From Phormidium sp. (lineage in GTDB: Bacteria > Cyanobacteriota > Cyanobacteriia > Cyanobacteriales > Aerosakkonemataceae), in NCBI GenBank assembly GCA_051013385.1, contig CP143273.1, positions 1,152,001 through 1,216,000 on the forward strand: a stretch of 64,000 nucleotides of DNA. Direction: 5' to 3'. Position 1 is the first letter of the stretch; every line of letters begins with the position of its first letter. The translations under genes were made by a program, and so were the position numbers. The notes under the pieces are model-generated. The model had not been told where the DNA came from, did no database searches, and saw only the letters and a program-made list of their open reading frames with translations. Below are positions 38,578 to 50,472 of the stretch, in pieces.

Positions 38578-39105
38578 AGCCGTATCAGGTAAAAATTGGT
38601 TAGTACGCGCCCTTTGTTAAACTCTTGACCCGGGAAAGGTTGCATCCTTGTCCCAGTTTGAGCATGGCTTGCTCATGGTTAACAGTTAAATTTGTTACAA
38701 TAAACTATTGACCACTAGCTACCTTAACAAATTAAGCTAAATATAGGTCTGTGAGGAGAAAAAAGCCAGTTAAGATTTTATAAAAGTTTGTGGCTTTTAA
38801 ACTGCTCAGCGGGAACACCAAAGGGAAGTGATATCGTTTCAGGTTAATTTTGCTAAGATGAATCACACTCCAGCTAGGGGAAATTCCTGATGCGGAGATT
38901 GATTCATAGCATTATTCTAGAGAATCGATATTAAAACATAAATCTGTCCAGTAGCTTAAATTCCAGAGTGTGTTTCATTTGGGTTAAGACAAATGAACTT
39001 CCTGGGAGTAAGTCGCTACTAAAAACTAGAAACTCTAAGTTAGATTCACTCGTCTGTTACTATTAAACCTTTGCTCAGTACTTTAGGGGTACTGTTATTT
39101 TAACT

Positions 39106-39933
39106 ATGATTCGGATTTTACAGTTTACTAACCCTTGGATCTTGTTATTTTTGGCTTTAGCGATCGCTTCTCCCGTCCCCATCCGAGTTGCAGCACAGTC
39201 ACCAAGACCCAATAACCAAAGTTTACCAACAAATTGGGGCGCTTACGAACCAGATGGTAATATTGGTAGTCCTGGTAGGCGAGAAGGTGGAGGCACCAGA
39301 GGCCCTTGTATTCAAAATAGTGCCAACGATAAAGTTATGGCTTTGGTGCCAGTTAACGGTTTTGGTACTACCACAGCTGAGTATCCTACTTTCTCAGTTT
39401 ATCTGCCGCCCCTATCACTAGAAACCGAGCCAGAGATAGAATTTGTGCTGAAAACACCTCAGCAAAAAGAGATTTACAAAACTAAGTTTAAGATCAATCG
39501 TGGGGTAGGGATTATCAGTTTTAGTCTTCCTCATACTAGCAATTTACCAGCTTTAGAATTGAACAAAAATTATTTCTGGTCAGTGACTTTAATTTGTAGT
39601 CCAGAGGATGTAAATATAGGTGATTTATCTGGTAATAAAGTAGTATCAGGAGTGATTCGGCGCGTTACCCCAAATGCGAATGTGCTCCAAGAGTTGGAGA
39701 GAGCAGAATCATGGCGCGATCGCGTTATCATCTATGCCAAAGCCGGGATTTGGTACGATGCTTTAAGTAATCTAGCAGAAATGCGACGGCGCAATCCCAA
39801 CGATCCAATAGTTGTCAGAGATTGGCAGCAATTGTTAAAGTCAGTGGGTATGGAAAAATTGGCCCAAGAACCAATCATGCAACCTGTGGTAGGTAGAAAT
39901 CAATTGAGTTCGGCGGTGTCTCGCGAGTATTAA
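39106..39933 (+). CDS. DUF928 domain protein
   Basis: PGRREGGGTRG, YPTF..YLP and GIWYDAL motifs; signal peptide. Confidence 0.85.
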   Translation: MIRILQFTNPWILLFLALAIASPVPIRVAAQSPRPNNQSLPTNWGAYEPDGNIGSPGRREGGGTRGPCIQNSANDKVMALVPVNGFGTTTAEYPTFSVYLPPLSLETEPEIEFVLKTPQQKEIYKTKFKINRGVGIISFSLPHTSNLPALELNKNYFWSVTLICSPEDVNIGDLSGNKVVSGVIRRVTPNANVLQELERAESWRDRVIIYAKAGIWYDALSNLAEMRRRNPNDPIVVRDWQQLLKSVGMEKLAQEPIMQPVVGRNQLSSAVSREY

Positions 39934-40109
39934 TTTCTACCTAAAGATTGATGCTTGTCTAAGAATTTATCCTTAAAAAGCCCCTGCAACCTTTCTAACT
40001 CTAGCCAGATGCCTAAAACTACTACTTTTGGTTAACTTAATTAACCGAAGATGTTAGCAATAATAGATCCTATTATTATTGGTGCAAACTTTTACTTAGA
40101 AATCTGGCA

Positions 40110-43100
40110 ATGCAAAACTCAATGTTGAATAACGATCCCCTTTGGTTCAAAAACGCCATCATTTATGAAGTACCAGTGCGTGCCTTTGCCGATAGCAACG
40201 GTGATGGAATTGGCGACTTTCGGGGGTTGACCGAAAAACTAGATTATCTGCAAGATTTAGGAGTTACAGCATTATGGATCTTGCCATTTTTTCCTTCACC
40301 ATTGAGGGATGATGGCTATGACATAGCAGATTATACAAATGTCAATCCTATTTATGGGAATTTAGCAGATTTTCAAGAGTTTTTAGCAGCTGCCCATCAA
40401 AGAGGGATTCGGGTAATTATCGAGTTAATCATTAATCACACTTCCGAGCAACATCCTTGGTTTCAAAGAGCACGCAGAGCACCCAAAGGTAGTAAAGAAA
40501 GAGATTTTTACGTTTGGAGTGACACTCCAGAAAAATATAAAGAAGCCAGGATTATTTTCCAAGACTTTGAAACTTCTAATTGGGCTTGGGATTCCGTTGC
40601 CCAAGCTTACTATTGGCATCGGTTTTACTCCCATCAACCAGACTTAAATTATGATAATCCAGAAGTGCAACAAGCAGTGTTTGAAGTATTAGATTTCTGG
40701 TTGGCAATGGGTGTTGATGGACTGCGGATGGATGCGGTTCCTTACCTCTACGAACGAGAAGGAACGAATTGCGAAAACCTCCCAGAAACTCATGAGTTTT
40801 TAAAACAACTTCGTCGCCATGTAGACGAGAAATTCCCCAATCGAATGTTGCTGGCTGAAGCTAATCAATGGCCTGAAGATGCAGCACAATATTATGGATA
40901 TGGCGATGAGTGCCACATGAATTTTCATTTCCCCTTAATGCCGCGTTTGTTTATGTCATTAAGGATGGAAGATAGCTTTCCAATTTCAGATATTTTACAA
41001 CAAACTCCGACAATTCCACCGAACTGTCAATGGGCATTATTCTTGCGAAATCATGACGAATTAACCTTGGAAATGGTATCAGATGAAGACCGGGATTATA
41101 TGTATCGAGTTTATGCCCAAGACCCGGAAATGAGAGTTAATTTGGGAATTCGTCGGAGGTTAGCGCCGCTATTAGGAAATGACCGTCGCCAGATTGAATT
41201 ATTGAATAGTTTGTTACTATCTCTTCCGGGAACTCCTGTGCTTTATTATGGTGATGAAATTGGCATGGGGGATAATGTTTTTGTGGGCGATCGCAACGGT
41301 GTCCGCACGCCAATGCAATGGAACGCTGACAGAAATGCTGGGTTTAGTCGGGCAAGTGCTCATAAACTTTATTTACCAGTAAATGTTGATTCAGAATATC
41401 ACTATGCCACAGTGAATGTAGAAGCACAAAGAGCAAATCCGAATTCTTTGTGGTATGCAATGAAACGCCTAATTTCTACAAGGAAACATCTGCAAGCATT
41501 AGGTAAAGGTAGCTTTGAATTACTGCATCCTGAAAATCGCAAAGTGTTGGCTTTTACCCGCACTTATCAGGATGAACATATTTTAATAGTGGCGAATTTG
41601 TCTCGGTTTGTGCAAACTGTGGAATTGGATTTATCGCCATTTCAAGGCATGGTTCCAGTAGAAATTTTTGGTCGGACTCAGTTTCCCCAAATTGGCGATT
41701 CGCCTTATTTTATAAGTATTGCCCCTTACGCTTTTTACTGGTTTAGCTTGAAACTGCAACCAAGTTTAATTCCTCTACCAAAACGGCAGACAAATTTAAC
41801 AACTTTGGCAGTTAGTGGCAAGTGGCAAAACATCTTTTCTCAACGGGATTTGAAAAATACTTTGGAGTTAATCCTCTCGGATTATTTGTATAGTTGTCGC
41901 TGGTTTAATGGGAAGGATCGCACGATTCAGTCTACAGAAATTACAGAGGCTATTCCCGTAATTTACAAAAATTTATCAGCACAGATTGTTTGGTTAAAAG
42001 TGGATTTTATTCAAGGAGAACCAGAGACTTATCTGTTGCCTTTAGCTTACAGGGAAGGGGAAGAAGCTAAAGAAATTGAGTCAGAAATGCCCCAAAATAT
42101 AGTAGCCAATTTGCAAGAAGAAGGGAAAGAGGAAGCGGGGATTTTGTTTGATGCGATCGCAGATAGTAATTTCCTGAATACGATGTTGGATGCGATCGCC
42201 AATAATCGTTCCTATAAAGGAAAGGCAGGAGAATTAATTGCCTCTACTACTGATATTTTCCCTTCCGAAATTCCGGCTTTAAATCCTGTTTTAATGAAGG
42301 GAGAACACAAAAATACCTGTGCTATTTACAGCGATCCAGCGAAAAGCGGATCTACCCTACAAAATCGCCTGATGTTAAAGATTTACCATCAAATTGAAGA
42401 AGGCATTAATCCAGATTTAGAAATCAGACGTTTCCTCAGCGAACAAAAAACTTTGCAACACTTTGCCCGCATTGCAGGTGCATTAGAATACCGCAATGGT
42501 AAAGGTATTCAAACTGTGGGATTATTGCAAGACTTCATTCCTGATGTCAGGAATACTTGGGATTATACTCTTGATAGTTTACGCGACTATTTTGAGCGAA
42601 TTACAGTCCAACAATCTGAAGCTTCATTACTTACTGTACCATCAGGTTCGCCGTTAGATTTACAACCTGAATATCTGCCGGAATTAGCACAACAAACGAT
42701 CGGTTCTTATCTAGCAAGCGCCAGTTTAATCGGTGAAGTTACCGCCGAATTACACATTGCATTAGCCACTAATGCTGAAGATCCAAATTTTGCGCCAGAA
42801 CCATTTTCTTCTTTCTACCAACGTTCAATTTACCAGTATGCGCGTAACCTCACAGGACAGGTTTTACTGGACTTGAAAAAGCAGCTAAAAACCTTACCAC
42901 CTGAAACCCAAAAATTAGCCCAAGCTGTTTTAAATCGCCAAGAAGAATTTTTTGGACGCTATCAATTAGTTCTCAATCAAAAAATCACAGCTAAGAGAAC
43001 TCGCTATCACGGAGACTATCACTTAGGGCAACTTCTTTATACAGGTAAAGACTTTGTTATTATTGATTTTGAAGGAGAACCTGGAAGAAGTTTAAGTGAA

Positions 43101-43451
43101 AGGCGGATGAAGCGATCGCCTTTACGAGATGTAGCTGGAATGTTGCAATCTTTCAATTATGCCGCAACTCAAGCACTTCGCTGTGAAGTAGAAAACGGTA
43201 CAATTAATTCCGAAGATCTTCCCTTAATGCAACAATGGGCTGACTTTTGGTATTACTGGGTAAGTGCAACTTTCTTGAATAGTTATTTGAAAATTGCTAG
43301 TCAGGATTCTTTCTTACCAAAAAGTAAAGCCGAATTGCAAGTACTTTTAGATGCTTATTTGTTGGAAAAATTGATCTACGACTTAAGTTCTGAACTGAAA
43401 AATCGACCAAATTGGGTAGGAATTCCTTTACAAAGATTGCTGCAATTTTAG
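40110..43451 (+). CDS. treS: Trehalose synthase fused to a maltokinase-like domain
   Basis: DSNGDGIGDF, RMDAV, AEANQW, FLRNHDELTLE; C-terminal HGDYHLGQ/DFEGEP. Confidence 0.95.
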   Translation: MQNSMLNNDPLWFKNAIIYEVPVRAFADSNGDGIGDFRGLTEKLDYLQDLGVTALWILPFFPSPLRDDGYDIADYTNVNPIYGNLADFQEFLAAAHQRGIRVIIELIINHTSEQHPWFQRARRAPKGSKERDFYVWSDTPEKYKEARIIFQDFETSNWAWDSVAQAYYWHRFYSHQPDLNYDNPEVQQAVFEVLDFWLAMGVDGLRMDAVPYLYEREGTNCENLPETHEFLKQLRRHVDEKFPNRMLLAEANQWPEDAAQYYGYGDECHMNFHFPLMPRLFMSLRMEDSFPISDILQQTPTIPPNCQWALFLRNHDELTLEMVSDEDRDYMYRVYAQDPEMRVNLGIRRRLAPLLGNDRRQIELLNSLLLSLPGTPVLYYGDEIGMGDNVFVGDRNGVRTPMQWNADRNAGFSRASAHKLYLPVNVDSEYHYATVNVEAQRANPNSLWYAMKRLISTRKHLQALGKGSFELLHPENRKVLAFTRTYQDEHILIVANLSRFVQTVELDLSPFQGMVPVEIFGRTQFPQIGDSPYFISIAPYAFYWFSLKLQPSLIPLPKRQTNLTTLAVSGKWQNIFSQRDLKNTLELILSDYLYSCRWFNGKDRTIQSTEITEAIPVIYKNLSAQIVWLKVDFIQGEPETYLLPLAYREGEEAKEIESEMPQNIVANLQEEGKEEAGILFDAIADSNFLNTMLDAIANNRSYKGKAGELIASTTDIFPSEIPALNPVLMKGEHKNTCAIYSDPAKSGSTLQNRLMLKIYHQIEEGINPDLEIRRFLSEQKTLQHFARIAGALEYRNGKGIQTVGLLQDFIPDVRNTWDYTLDSLRDYFERITVQQSEASLLTVPSGSPLDLQPEYLPELAQQTIGSYLASASLIGEVTAELHIALATNAEDPNFAPEPFSSFYQRSIYQYARNLTGQVLLDLKKQLKTLPPETQKLAQAVLNRQEEFFGRYQLVLNQKITAKRTRYHGDYHLGQLLYTGKDFVIIDFEGEPGRSLSERRMKRSPLRDVAGMLQSFNYAATQALRCEVENGTINSEDLPLMQQWADFWYYWVSATFLNSYLKIASQDSFLPKSKAELQVLLDAYLLEKLIYDLSSELKNRPNWVGIPLQRLLQF

Positions 43452-43552
43452 TGATGAGTTTAAAGCTGGTTTGTTGTATCGACTTTAGTCGTTTTATTTA
43501 GGAATGTACGACTAAAGTCGCTACAACGAACCTAATTCACTATTAAGTAACC

Positions 43553-45535
43553 ATGATTCAACTAACACTCAACCACAATCAACTGGAAACTACCTCCGAT
43601 CATGTCAGTTTAATTACTGACCATGATATTTATTTATTCAATGAAGGAACCCAGTATCATTTGTACGAAAAACTGGGTTCTCATCCATTAGTTGTTAATG
43701 GTGTAGAAGGCACTTATTTTGCTGTTTGGGCACCTAACGCCGGACAGGTATTTGTTAAAGGTGATTTTAATGATTGGAGTGACCAAGGTTTTGCCCTTAC
43801 CTTAAGAGGACAATCAGGAATTTGGGAAGGTTTTATTCCCGGAATGACTAAAGGTAGCCTCTACAAATATCGGGTTATTCACCGTTACAATGGCTATGCA
43901 GTAGATAAAGCCGATCCCTTTAATTCCCATCAAGAAATTCCGCCAAGAACAGCATCAATTGTTTGGGATACTGAGTATCCTTGGCACGATCGCGAATGGA
44001 TGGAAAACCGTGCCAAAGCTAATTCTTTTGATGCGCCAATTTCCATTTACGAAGTACATCTAGGTTCGTGGATGCGGATACCGGAAGAGGGAAATCGCTT
44101 TTTAAATTACCGGGAAATTGCTGCTAAATTGGCGGAATATGTGAAGCGTTTAGGCTTTACTCATGTGGAATTAATGCCAATAACAGAACATCCTTTTTAT
44201 GCTTCTTGGGGTTATCAAACTACTGGATATTTTGCCCCGACTAGTCGCTACGGAACGCCCCAAGATTTCATGTATTTGATCGATCATTTGCATCAAGAAG
44301 GTATTGGCGTAATATTAGATTGGGTGCCTTCTCATTTCCCTACAGATCAACATGGATTGGGTTATTTTGATGGTACTCATCTTTACGAACACGCCGATCC
44401 TAGACAAGGTTTTCACCCTGATTGGCAGAGTAGCATTTTTAATTATGGGCGGCGTGAAATCAGCAGTTTTTTAATTAGTAGTGCCTTCTTTTGGTTGGAT
44501 AAATGTCATATTGATGGACTGCGTGTAGATGCAGTTGCATCGATGCTTTATTTGGATTATTCCCGCAAAGATGGAGAATGGGTTGCTAATAAATACGGTG
44601 GGAGAGATAATCTCGAAGCGATCGACTTTTTAAAACAATTCAATCAAGCAGTTTATCAACACTTCCCCGATGTCCAAACTATTGCCGAAGAATCAACCGC
44701 TTGGGCAAAAGTTTCGCGTCCAATTTATGATGGTGGTTTAGGTTTTGGTTTAAAGTGGGACATGGGTTGGATGCACGATACTTTAAAGTATATGTCCCTC
44801 GATCCCATTGCCCGAAAACATCATCATAACCTGCTAACTTTCCGCATGATTTATGCTTTTAATGAGAACTTTGTTTTACCACTTTCTCATGATGAAGTTG
44901 TACATGGTAAAGGTTCTTTAATTGGCAAAATGCCGGGAGATTATTGGCAGAAATTTGCTAATTTGCGCGTGTTATTTGGCTATATGTACGCCCAAGCTGC
45001 CAAAAAACTTTTGTTCATGGGTGCAGAGTTTGGACAGTGGCAAGAATGGAGTCACGATCGAAGTTTAGATTGGCATCTTTTAGATTACCCAATGCACGCA
45101 GGTTTGCAAAGGTGGGTAACAGATTTAAATCACATTTATCGCCAAGAAAAAGCTTTGCATGAATTAGATTTTAGTTGGTCAGGTTTTGAGTGGATTGATT
45201 GCGATGATTGGCAACAAAGCGTAATCAGTTTAATCCGTAAATCCAAATCAACCGATGAAAGTATTTTAGTAGTAGCAAACTTTACTCCTGTACCTCGCTA
45301 CAATTACCGTTTAGGTGTGCCGAATAATGGTTTTTGGCAAGAGTTACTTAACAGCGATTCGGGAGATTATGGTGGTAGTGGTGTGGGTAATTTTGGCGGT
45401 GTTACAGCTGAGGAAATTCCTTGTCACGATCGCGCTTTCTCACTAAACCTCCACTTACCACCTTTGGGAATCCTGTTTTTTAAATTAAAAACCGATCTGC
45501 CAGATAATTCTGTAACAGAAAATGCTTTTGTTTAA
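43553..45535 (+). CDS. glgB: 1,4-alpha-glucan branching enzyme
   Basis: [24 protein letters not shown] and [10 protein letters not shown]. Confidence 0.96.
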   Translation: MIQLTLNHNQLETTSDHVSLITDHDIYLFNEGTQYHLYEKLGSHPLVVNGVEGTYFAVWAPNAGQVFVKGDFNDWSDQGFALTLRGQSGIWEGFIPGMTKGSLYKYRVIHRYNGYAVDKADPFNSHQEIPPRTASIVWDTEYPWHDREWMENRAKANSFDAPISIYEVHLGSWMRIPEEGNRFLNYREIAAKLAEYVKRLGFTHVELMPITEHPFYASWGYQTTGYFAPTSRYGTPQDFMYLIDHLHQEGIGVILDWVPSHFPTDQHGLGYFDGTHLYEHADPRQGFHPDWQSSIFNYGRREISSFLISSAFFWLDKCHIDGLRVDAVASMLYLDYSRKDGEWVANKYGGRDNLEAIDFLKQFNQAVYQHFPDVQTIAEESTAWAKVSRPIYDGGLGFGLKWDMGWMHDTLKYMSLDPIARKHHHNLLTFRMIYAFNENFVLPLSHDEVVHGKGSLIGKMPGDYWQKFANLRVLFGYMYAQAAKKLLFMGAEFGQWQEWSHDRSLDWHLLDYPMHAGLQRWVTDLNHIYRQEKALHELDFSWSGFEWIDCDDWQQSVISLIRKSKSTDESILVVANFTPVPRYNYRLGVPNNGFWQELLNSDSGDYGGSGVGNFGGVTAEEIPCHDRAFSLNLHLPPLGILFFKLKTDLPDNSVTENAFV

Positions 45536-45987
45536 AACAAAGTAGAACTTTCCCCAAGGTCAAATTAGCGAATTGTATCAGTAATCACAAACCTATTTCC
45601 CTAAAGAACCTATCTTTAGGGAGATTTTTTTTGACATAAAAAAAGATTACCTTCACTATTGTCTATCCCATGATTTAACCAACTCAATATAGCTTACCTG
45701 GAAAGCATGATTCTGACTTTTCCAGGTAACTATTCCTAAATTAAACAAAGTGACTTTACAAAAATTTACCTCTTGTGACAGATGGTAGGAACAAATAGAT
45801 TTCTTTACATTGTGTAAGCAATAGAGAAAATTAATCAGCAAATCATTTATCAAAAGTCATGGACTCAACAGCAAAGTCAGCAAATTGTAAGTAAAACTGT
45901 GTTTTTCAATTAGCTACAAAAAGCTACAAAAGTATTTTCTCAAAAAAAGTTCAGAAAAAACCATTAACATTGATTTAGGATAAATCT

Positions 45988-48129
45988 ATGTATGTAGCAG
46001 TTTGGCCTGGAAATGTTTATCCTTTAGGTTCATATTGGGATGGCAAAGGAACAAACTTTGCGTTGTTTAGTGAAAATGCTACAGCGGTTGAGCTTTGTTT
46101 GTTCGATCGCAATGACAAAGAAACACGCATTGAACTAACAGAACTTAACAACTTTGTTTGGCATGGTTATTTACCTGGAATAGGCCCTGGACAACGTTAC
46201 GGATTTCGCGTACATGGCCCTTGGGAACCAAAAGAAGGTCATCGTTTTAACCACAATAAACTGCTAATCGATCCTTATGCCAAAGCAATTGATGGCTTAC
46301 TCCGGGGTAATGGTGCGGAAATATTTGGTTATTCTTGGGAAACGGAAGAAGCACAGAAAGATTTAGTTTTTTCTGAGTTAGATGATGCTCATTTAGTGCC
46401 AAAATCTGTAGTAGTCGATCAATCTTTTGATTGGGAAGGAGATCAATTACTAAGAACTCCTTGGCACGAAACTGTTATCTATGAAACTCACGTTAAAGGC
46501 TTTACCAAATTACATCCAGATATTCCCGAAGAACTGCGCGGAACTTATGCCGGAATTGCCCATCCAGCCGCCATTCAACATTTGCAACAGCTGGGAATTA
46601 CAGCCCTGGAATTAATGCCAGTGCATCACTTTATAGCCCTACCGGGATATCTCACAGATAAAGGGTTAACTAACTATTGGGGCTACGATTCAATTAATTA
46701 CTTTGCTCCCTTCTCTGGCTACAGTGCTAGTGGTACTTTGGGGCAGCAAGTAACCGAATTTAAGCAAATGGTGAAAGCGCTACATCGGGCGGGAATTGAA
46801 GTTATTTTGGATGTGGTTTATAATCATACTGGAGAGGGAAATCATTTAGGCCCAAGCTTGTCTTTGCGAGGCATTGATAATACAGTTTACTATCGTTTGA
46901 TAGACGATGATAAGCGTTTGTACATGGACTTTACAGGCTGTGGAAATTCTCTTTATGTGGGTCATCCACAAGTCTTAAAGTTAATCATGGATAGCCTACG
47001 TTATTGGGTGACAGAAATGCACGTTGATGGCTTCCGATTTGACTTAGCAGCGGCTTTGGCAAGGGAGTTATTTGAAGTTAATAGTTTATCAGCTTTCTTC
47101 GATATTATTCACCAAGATCCGGTGTTAGCAGATGTGAAATTAATTGCTGAACCTTGGGATTTAGGAGAAGGTGGTTATCAAGTAGGTCAATTCCCTGTTC
47201 TTTGGTCAGAATGGAATGGCAGATATCGGGATACTGTGCGAGATTTTTGGCGAGGCGCGGATGAGACTTTAGGCGAATTTGCTTACTGTTTTACTGGCAG
47301 TCCTGATTTATATTCAGTGAATGGGCGACGACCAAATGCTAGTATTAATTTTGTCACGGCTCATGATGGTTTTACCCTGAATGATTTAGTTAGTTATGAG
47401 GAGAAACATAACGAAGCAAACGGGGAAAATAATTGTGATGGTGATGAACACAATCGTTCTTGGAATTGTGGTGTTGAAGGGGAAACAGATGACCCAAATA
47501 TTTTGGATTTGCGGGAACGACTAAGGCGAAATTTCCTCACAACTTTGATGCTGTCTCAAGGTATCCCAATGCTGTTAGGTGGGGATGAAATGGGGCGGAC
47601 GCAAAAGGGTAATAATAATACTTATTGCCAAGATAATGAGCTTTCTTGGTTTGATTGGAATTTAAATCAAGATAATGAAGATTTGGTCAATTTTACCCGT
47701 GAATTAATTTATTTCCGTCGTCAACATCCCGTATTTCGGCGGCGCAAATGGTTCCAAGGTCGTCCTATTCACGGCAAGGGAGTTAGTGATATTGCTTGGT
47801 TCAATCCTGATGGCACCGAAATGACAGATGAACAGTGGAATATTGGTTACGCTAAGGCGATCGCAGTTTTCTTAGATGGCAATCAACTTGCTAGCCCTGG
47901 ATCTAAAGGTGAGCACATTAGTGATGATAGTTTCCTGATGTTTTTTAATGCCCACTCTGAAACAATTGAGTTTAATTTACCTACTGTTTTTGACCTAGAT
48001 AAGCGTGATTGGTCGTTGGTAATTGATACTAAGGAACCACGCTTTATTCGGGAAGAAAAAATTTACACTGGCAACCAAACTGTACCTGTGGTTGGGCGAT
48101 CGCTAGTATTGCTACGTCGCCTGGAATAA
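45988..48129 (+). CDS. glgX: Glycogen debranching enzyme
   Basis: NYWGY, DVVYNHT, GFRFDLA, AEPWD and TAHDGFTL. Confidence 0.96.
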   Translation: MYVAVWPGNVYPLGSYWDGKGTNFALFSENATAVELCLFDRNDKETRIELTELNNFVWHGYLPGIGPGQRYGFRVHGPWEPKEGHRFNHNKLLIDPYAKAIDGLLRGNGAEIFGYSWETEEAQKDLVFSELDDAHLVPKSVVVDQSFDWEGDQLLRTPWHETVIYETHVKGFTKLHPDIPEELRGTYAGIAHPAAIQHLQQLGITALELMPVHHFIALPGYLTDKGLTNYWGYDSINYFAPFSGYSASGTLGQQVTEFKQMVKALHRAGIEVILDVVYNHTGEGNHLGPSLSLRGIDNTVYYRLIDDDKRLYMDFTGCGNSLYVGHPQVLKLIMDSLRYWVTEMHVDGFRFDLAAALARELFEVNSLSAFFDIIHQDPVLADVKLIAEPWDLGEGGYQVGQFPVLWSEWNGRYRDTVRDFWRGADETLGEFAYCFTGSPDLYSVNGRRPNASINFVTAHDGFTLNDLVSYEEKHNEANGENNCDGDEHNRSWNCGVEGETDDPNILDLRERLRRNFLTTLMLSQGIPMLLGGDEMGRTQKGNNNTYCQDNELSWFDWNLNQDNEDLVNFTRELIYFRRQHPVFRRRKWFQGRPIHGKGVSDIAWFNPDGTEMTDEQWNIGYAKAIAVFLDGNQLASPGSKGEHISDDSFLMFFNAHSETIEFNLPTVFDLDKRDWSLVIDTKEPRFIREEKIYTGNQTVPVVGRSLVLLRRLE

Positions 48130-48286
48130 GAGGCAGGGGAGCAGGGGAGATCCAGGAGATAACTTAAAACTCAGAACATTTGTCCGGTTATTTAGACATA
48201 TTATCCTAACAGAAAACCTTGTAGAGACGTTATATATAACCTCTCTACAAACTGATGTTATTGAAAATCAGCCGGAAGTAAAAAAT

Positions 48287-48913
48287 ATGTTTCATATTGA
48301 TTGGTACGCCGTTACAATAATTGGGGTAATTTTGATTATTGGTGCTGTTATTGGCGCTTTGCTTCAGTCTGCTATTGCTGCTTCTCGCACTATCAAACCA
48401 ATAATTAATACTAGGATTGATGTATTAGCTAAATTTGACCCGTTGTTTGAGTCACATTTACTTGATACTTATAAAATTGTTGTGACTGATGGAGCAAAGG
48501 AATATAAATACAATTCGTTAGCCCAAGTCGAAATTTACTTAAATAATAAAAGTCTACAGGATTTTCCTGAGTTTAAAGTCGGAGTGAAACTAGCTAATGA
48601 TGATGTTGCTATTTATGCAGAATCACACACAGACGATCGCCATCATCATCTAAAATTACTAACTCCTGTCACCCTCAACGAACCTCAATCAGAAATGGAT
48701 TTTTTGCTGCAACCTTTTAATAGAGGAGATAGTTATTCACTGCGGTTATTAATCAAACTTTCGGAAGATAGTCAAGTTCCGGGAGAAATTTCTATTACCT
48801 CTCCAGAAGCAGTTTCTTTTATTAATTTACCGACAATTGCCGAAATAGTGGAACAAGCAGCTAGTCGAGCTTCGATCGGACTTGGCCCTTTTCAAATTTC
48901 ATTAGGTCAATAA
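48287..48913 (+). CDS. Hypothetical membrane-anchored protein
   Basis: 208-aa ORF with an N-terminal TM helix. Confidence 0.65.
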   Translation: MFHIDWYAVTIIGVILIIGAVIGALLQSAIAASRTIKPIINTRIDVLAKFDPLFESHLLDTYKIVVTDGAKEYKYNSLAQVEIYLNNKSLQDFPEFKVGVKLANDDVAIYAESHTDDRHHHLKLLTPVTLNEPQSEMDFLLQPFNRGDSYSLRLLIKLSEDSQVPGEISITSPEAVSFINLPTIAEIVEQAASRASIGLGPFQISLGQ

Positions 48914-48956
48914 TGAGAAGTCCCCACTATTTAACTAAGTGAGGACTCGAAAACTG

Positions 48957-49286
48957 TTACCACCAAACACGATTTCCGTTTTCGTCAACTCTCGCTTGTC
49001 TGATTACATCCGAGATTTCTTCTGCATCTTTTACGTGGTGGAGTGCTTCTTGATGACCATCTTCATAATCTACAACAAAGTAAGTCGGAACTGTGATGTG
49101 ATCTCCGGTAATATCAGGTGAATCAACAGCAACTTGTTTCGCCTTTTCTTCAATTGATTGAGGTTCGTCAGAGATGCGATCGCCCGGATTAGCTGTTAAA
49201 TTCTTTTCTTTTGCTGTCGGTTCTTCTTTAGAATGCCAGTCTACACTTACAGGTTGTTCTATTTGCTTCTCTTGTTGGTTATCCAT
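48957..49286 (-). CDS. Hypothetical acidic protein
   Basis: 109-aa ATG-initiated ORF with protein-like composition. Confidence 0.65.
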   Translation of the reverse strand: MDNQQEKQIEQPVSVDWHSKEEPTAKEKNLTANPGDRISDEPQSIEEKAKQVAVDSPDITGDHITVPTYFVVDYEDGHQEALHHVKDAEEISDVIRQARVDENGNRVWW

Positions 49287-49546
49287 GATGTTTTTCCCGT
49301 TAAAAAATTTTTTCTTTACTAAACTCAGTCTAGAAAACTGAAATTGTCATATACTCTTTCAAAGGAAGTAGTTTCGGTAGCTACAAGTGGTATTTAGGCG
49401 GGAGCAAAAATCTGCCTATTGTCTGGACGGGTTGTTTATTTGATTGTTTTATTGAGATCTTTCTTAAGTGAGAGAGCAAAAAAAATACGTTATTTCTTTA
49501 GTTAGTAGTTTTACTTTGATAATTGGGGGCGCTCACTCAATCCCCA

Positions 49547-49762
49547 TTAATTCAACACAGCATCAATCTCTGATTCATTTAGCAAAATTGTTGTTTCATA
49601 ACCAATTCTGCCAAAATCTGGTTCTGGCCCCAACTCCATTTGTACAGCATATTGCCAGCTATTAACTTCAGGATGATAATTAATGATTCTTCCCATACCA
49701 CCAATGAAAGATACCGTTTGATTTTTGGTATAGCGGGGTAAAGTTGATAGTTGAAACCTCAT
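49547..49762 (-). CDS. Small hypothetical protein
   Basis: 71-aa ORF; AGGTG RBS-like sequence upstream. Confidence 0.6.
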   Translation of the reverse strand: MRFQLSTLPRYTKNQTVSFIGGMGRIINYHPEVNSWQYAVQMELGPEPDFGRIGYETTILLNESEIDAVLN

Positions 49763-49890
49763 AAACTTGCACCTTTACTAATAAAGTTTGTTCTTATTCA
49801 ACAAAATAACTAACATAAAATTACTCGGCTTCTAACTCTAGTTAGGGCATGGTTTCTATCACAAGTATTGACTTTATGTAAAATATTTTT

Positions 49891-49904
49891 GTAACGATAA
49901 ATAC
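49891..49904. promoter_or_regulatory. Candidate NtcA site GTAACGATAAATAC
   Basis: Matches GTA-N8-TAC upstream of 49547-49762. Confidence 0.4.
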
Positions 49905-49954
49905 TTGCCAACAAAAAACCCCAGTTGCTTTACTGGGGTGATAATTAAGCTTAG

Positions 49955-50021
49955 GTACGTTGTTGCGCTTCAGCGCTCTTATTACCTTTGGGATAAGAGC
50001 GAAGACAGCGCAACAACGTAC
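49955..50021. repeat. REP-like palindrome (second copy at 63196-63244)
   Basis: GTACGTTGTTGCGCT...AGCGCAACAACGTAC. Confidence 0.75.
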
Positions 50022-50024
50022 TTA

Positions 50025-50252
50025 TTAACTAGGTAAATTGTTGCTGGCATAAGCATCCATGCTGTAAGCGGGAACACGCTCGTTGTAATCAATTTTGGTT
50101 CCAGTGACGGATTCCGCTAACTTTTCAAAAGACTCAGAACGCCAGTTGCGATCGTGAATTGGCTTAGACTGTTCGCCACGAAAATAAGCTTGAGTACCAA
50201 TTACAGACGCAGCTAACCAACCAACGATAAATAAAGCAATCAGGATAGTCAT
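50025..50252 (-). CDS. Psb35-related small membrane protein
   Basis: GWLAASVIGTQAYFRGEQSKPIH.RNW pattern. Confidence 0.65.
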   Translation of the reverse strand: MTILIALFIVGWLAASVIGTQAYFRGEQSKPIHDRNWRSESFEKLAESVTGTKIDYNERVPAYSMDAYASNNLPS

Positions 50253-50280
50253 GATTTATAGTCCCTCTCGTTTGTTTCCT

Positions 50281-50298
50281 TATGTAAACTAATATAAC
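50281..50298 (-). promoter_or_regulatory. Candidate HLR1 (RpaB) site GTTATATT-AG-TTTACATA
   Basis: Octamer pair with 2-nt spacer upstream of the Psb35-related gene. Confidence 0.45.
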
Positions 50299-50472
50299 AG
50301 ATTATTACAAAATGTAAAGCAATTCTTGACTAAAAAAGGTTGATTAGGTATATAAGCGCATTAAATATCTATCTGTAGGGTGCGTTAGTAACGCACCCTA
50401 CCCGCTGCTGGGGGTATAGACGGTAGTCTTGAATCAGCTAAACTGGCTTAGTAGGTAACTGACGGGCTTTCC

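Noticed and set aside
38580..39100. Possible structured RNA in a long intergenic region
   Set aside because: Several short hairpins but no riboswitch or ncRNA consensus I can recognise; a covariance-model search would be needed
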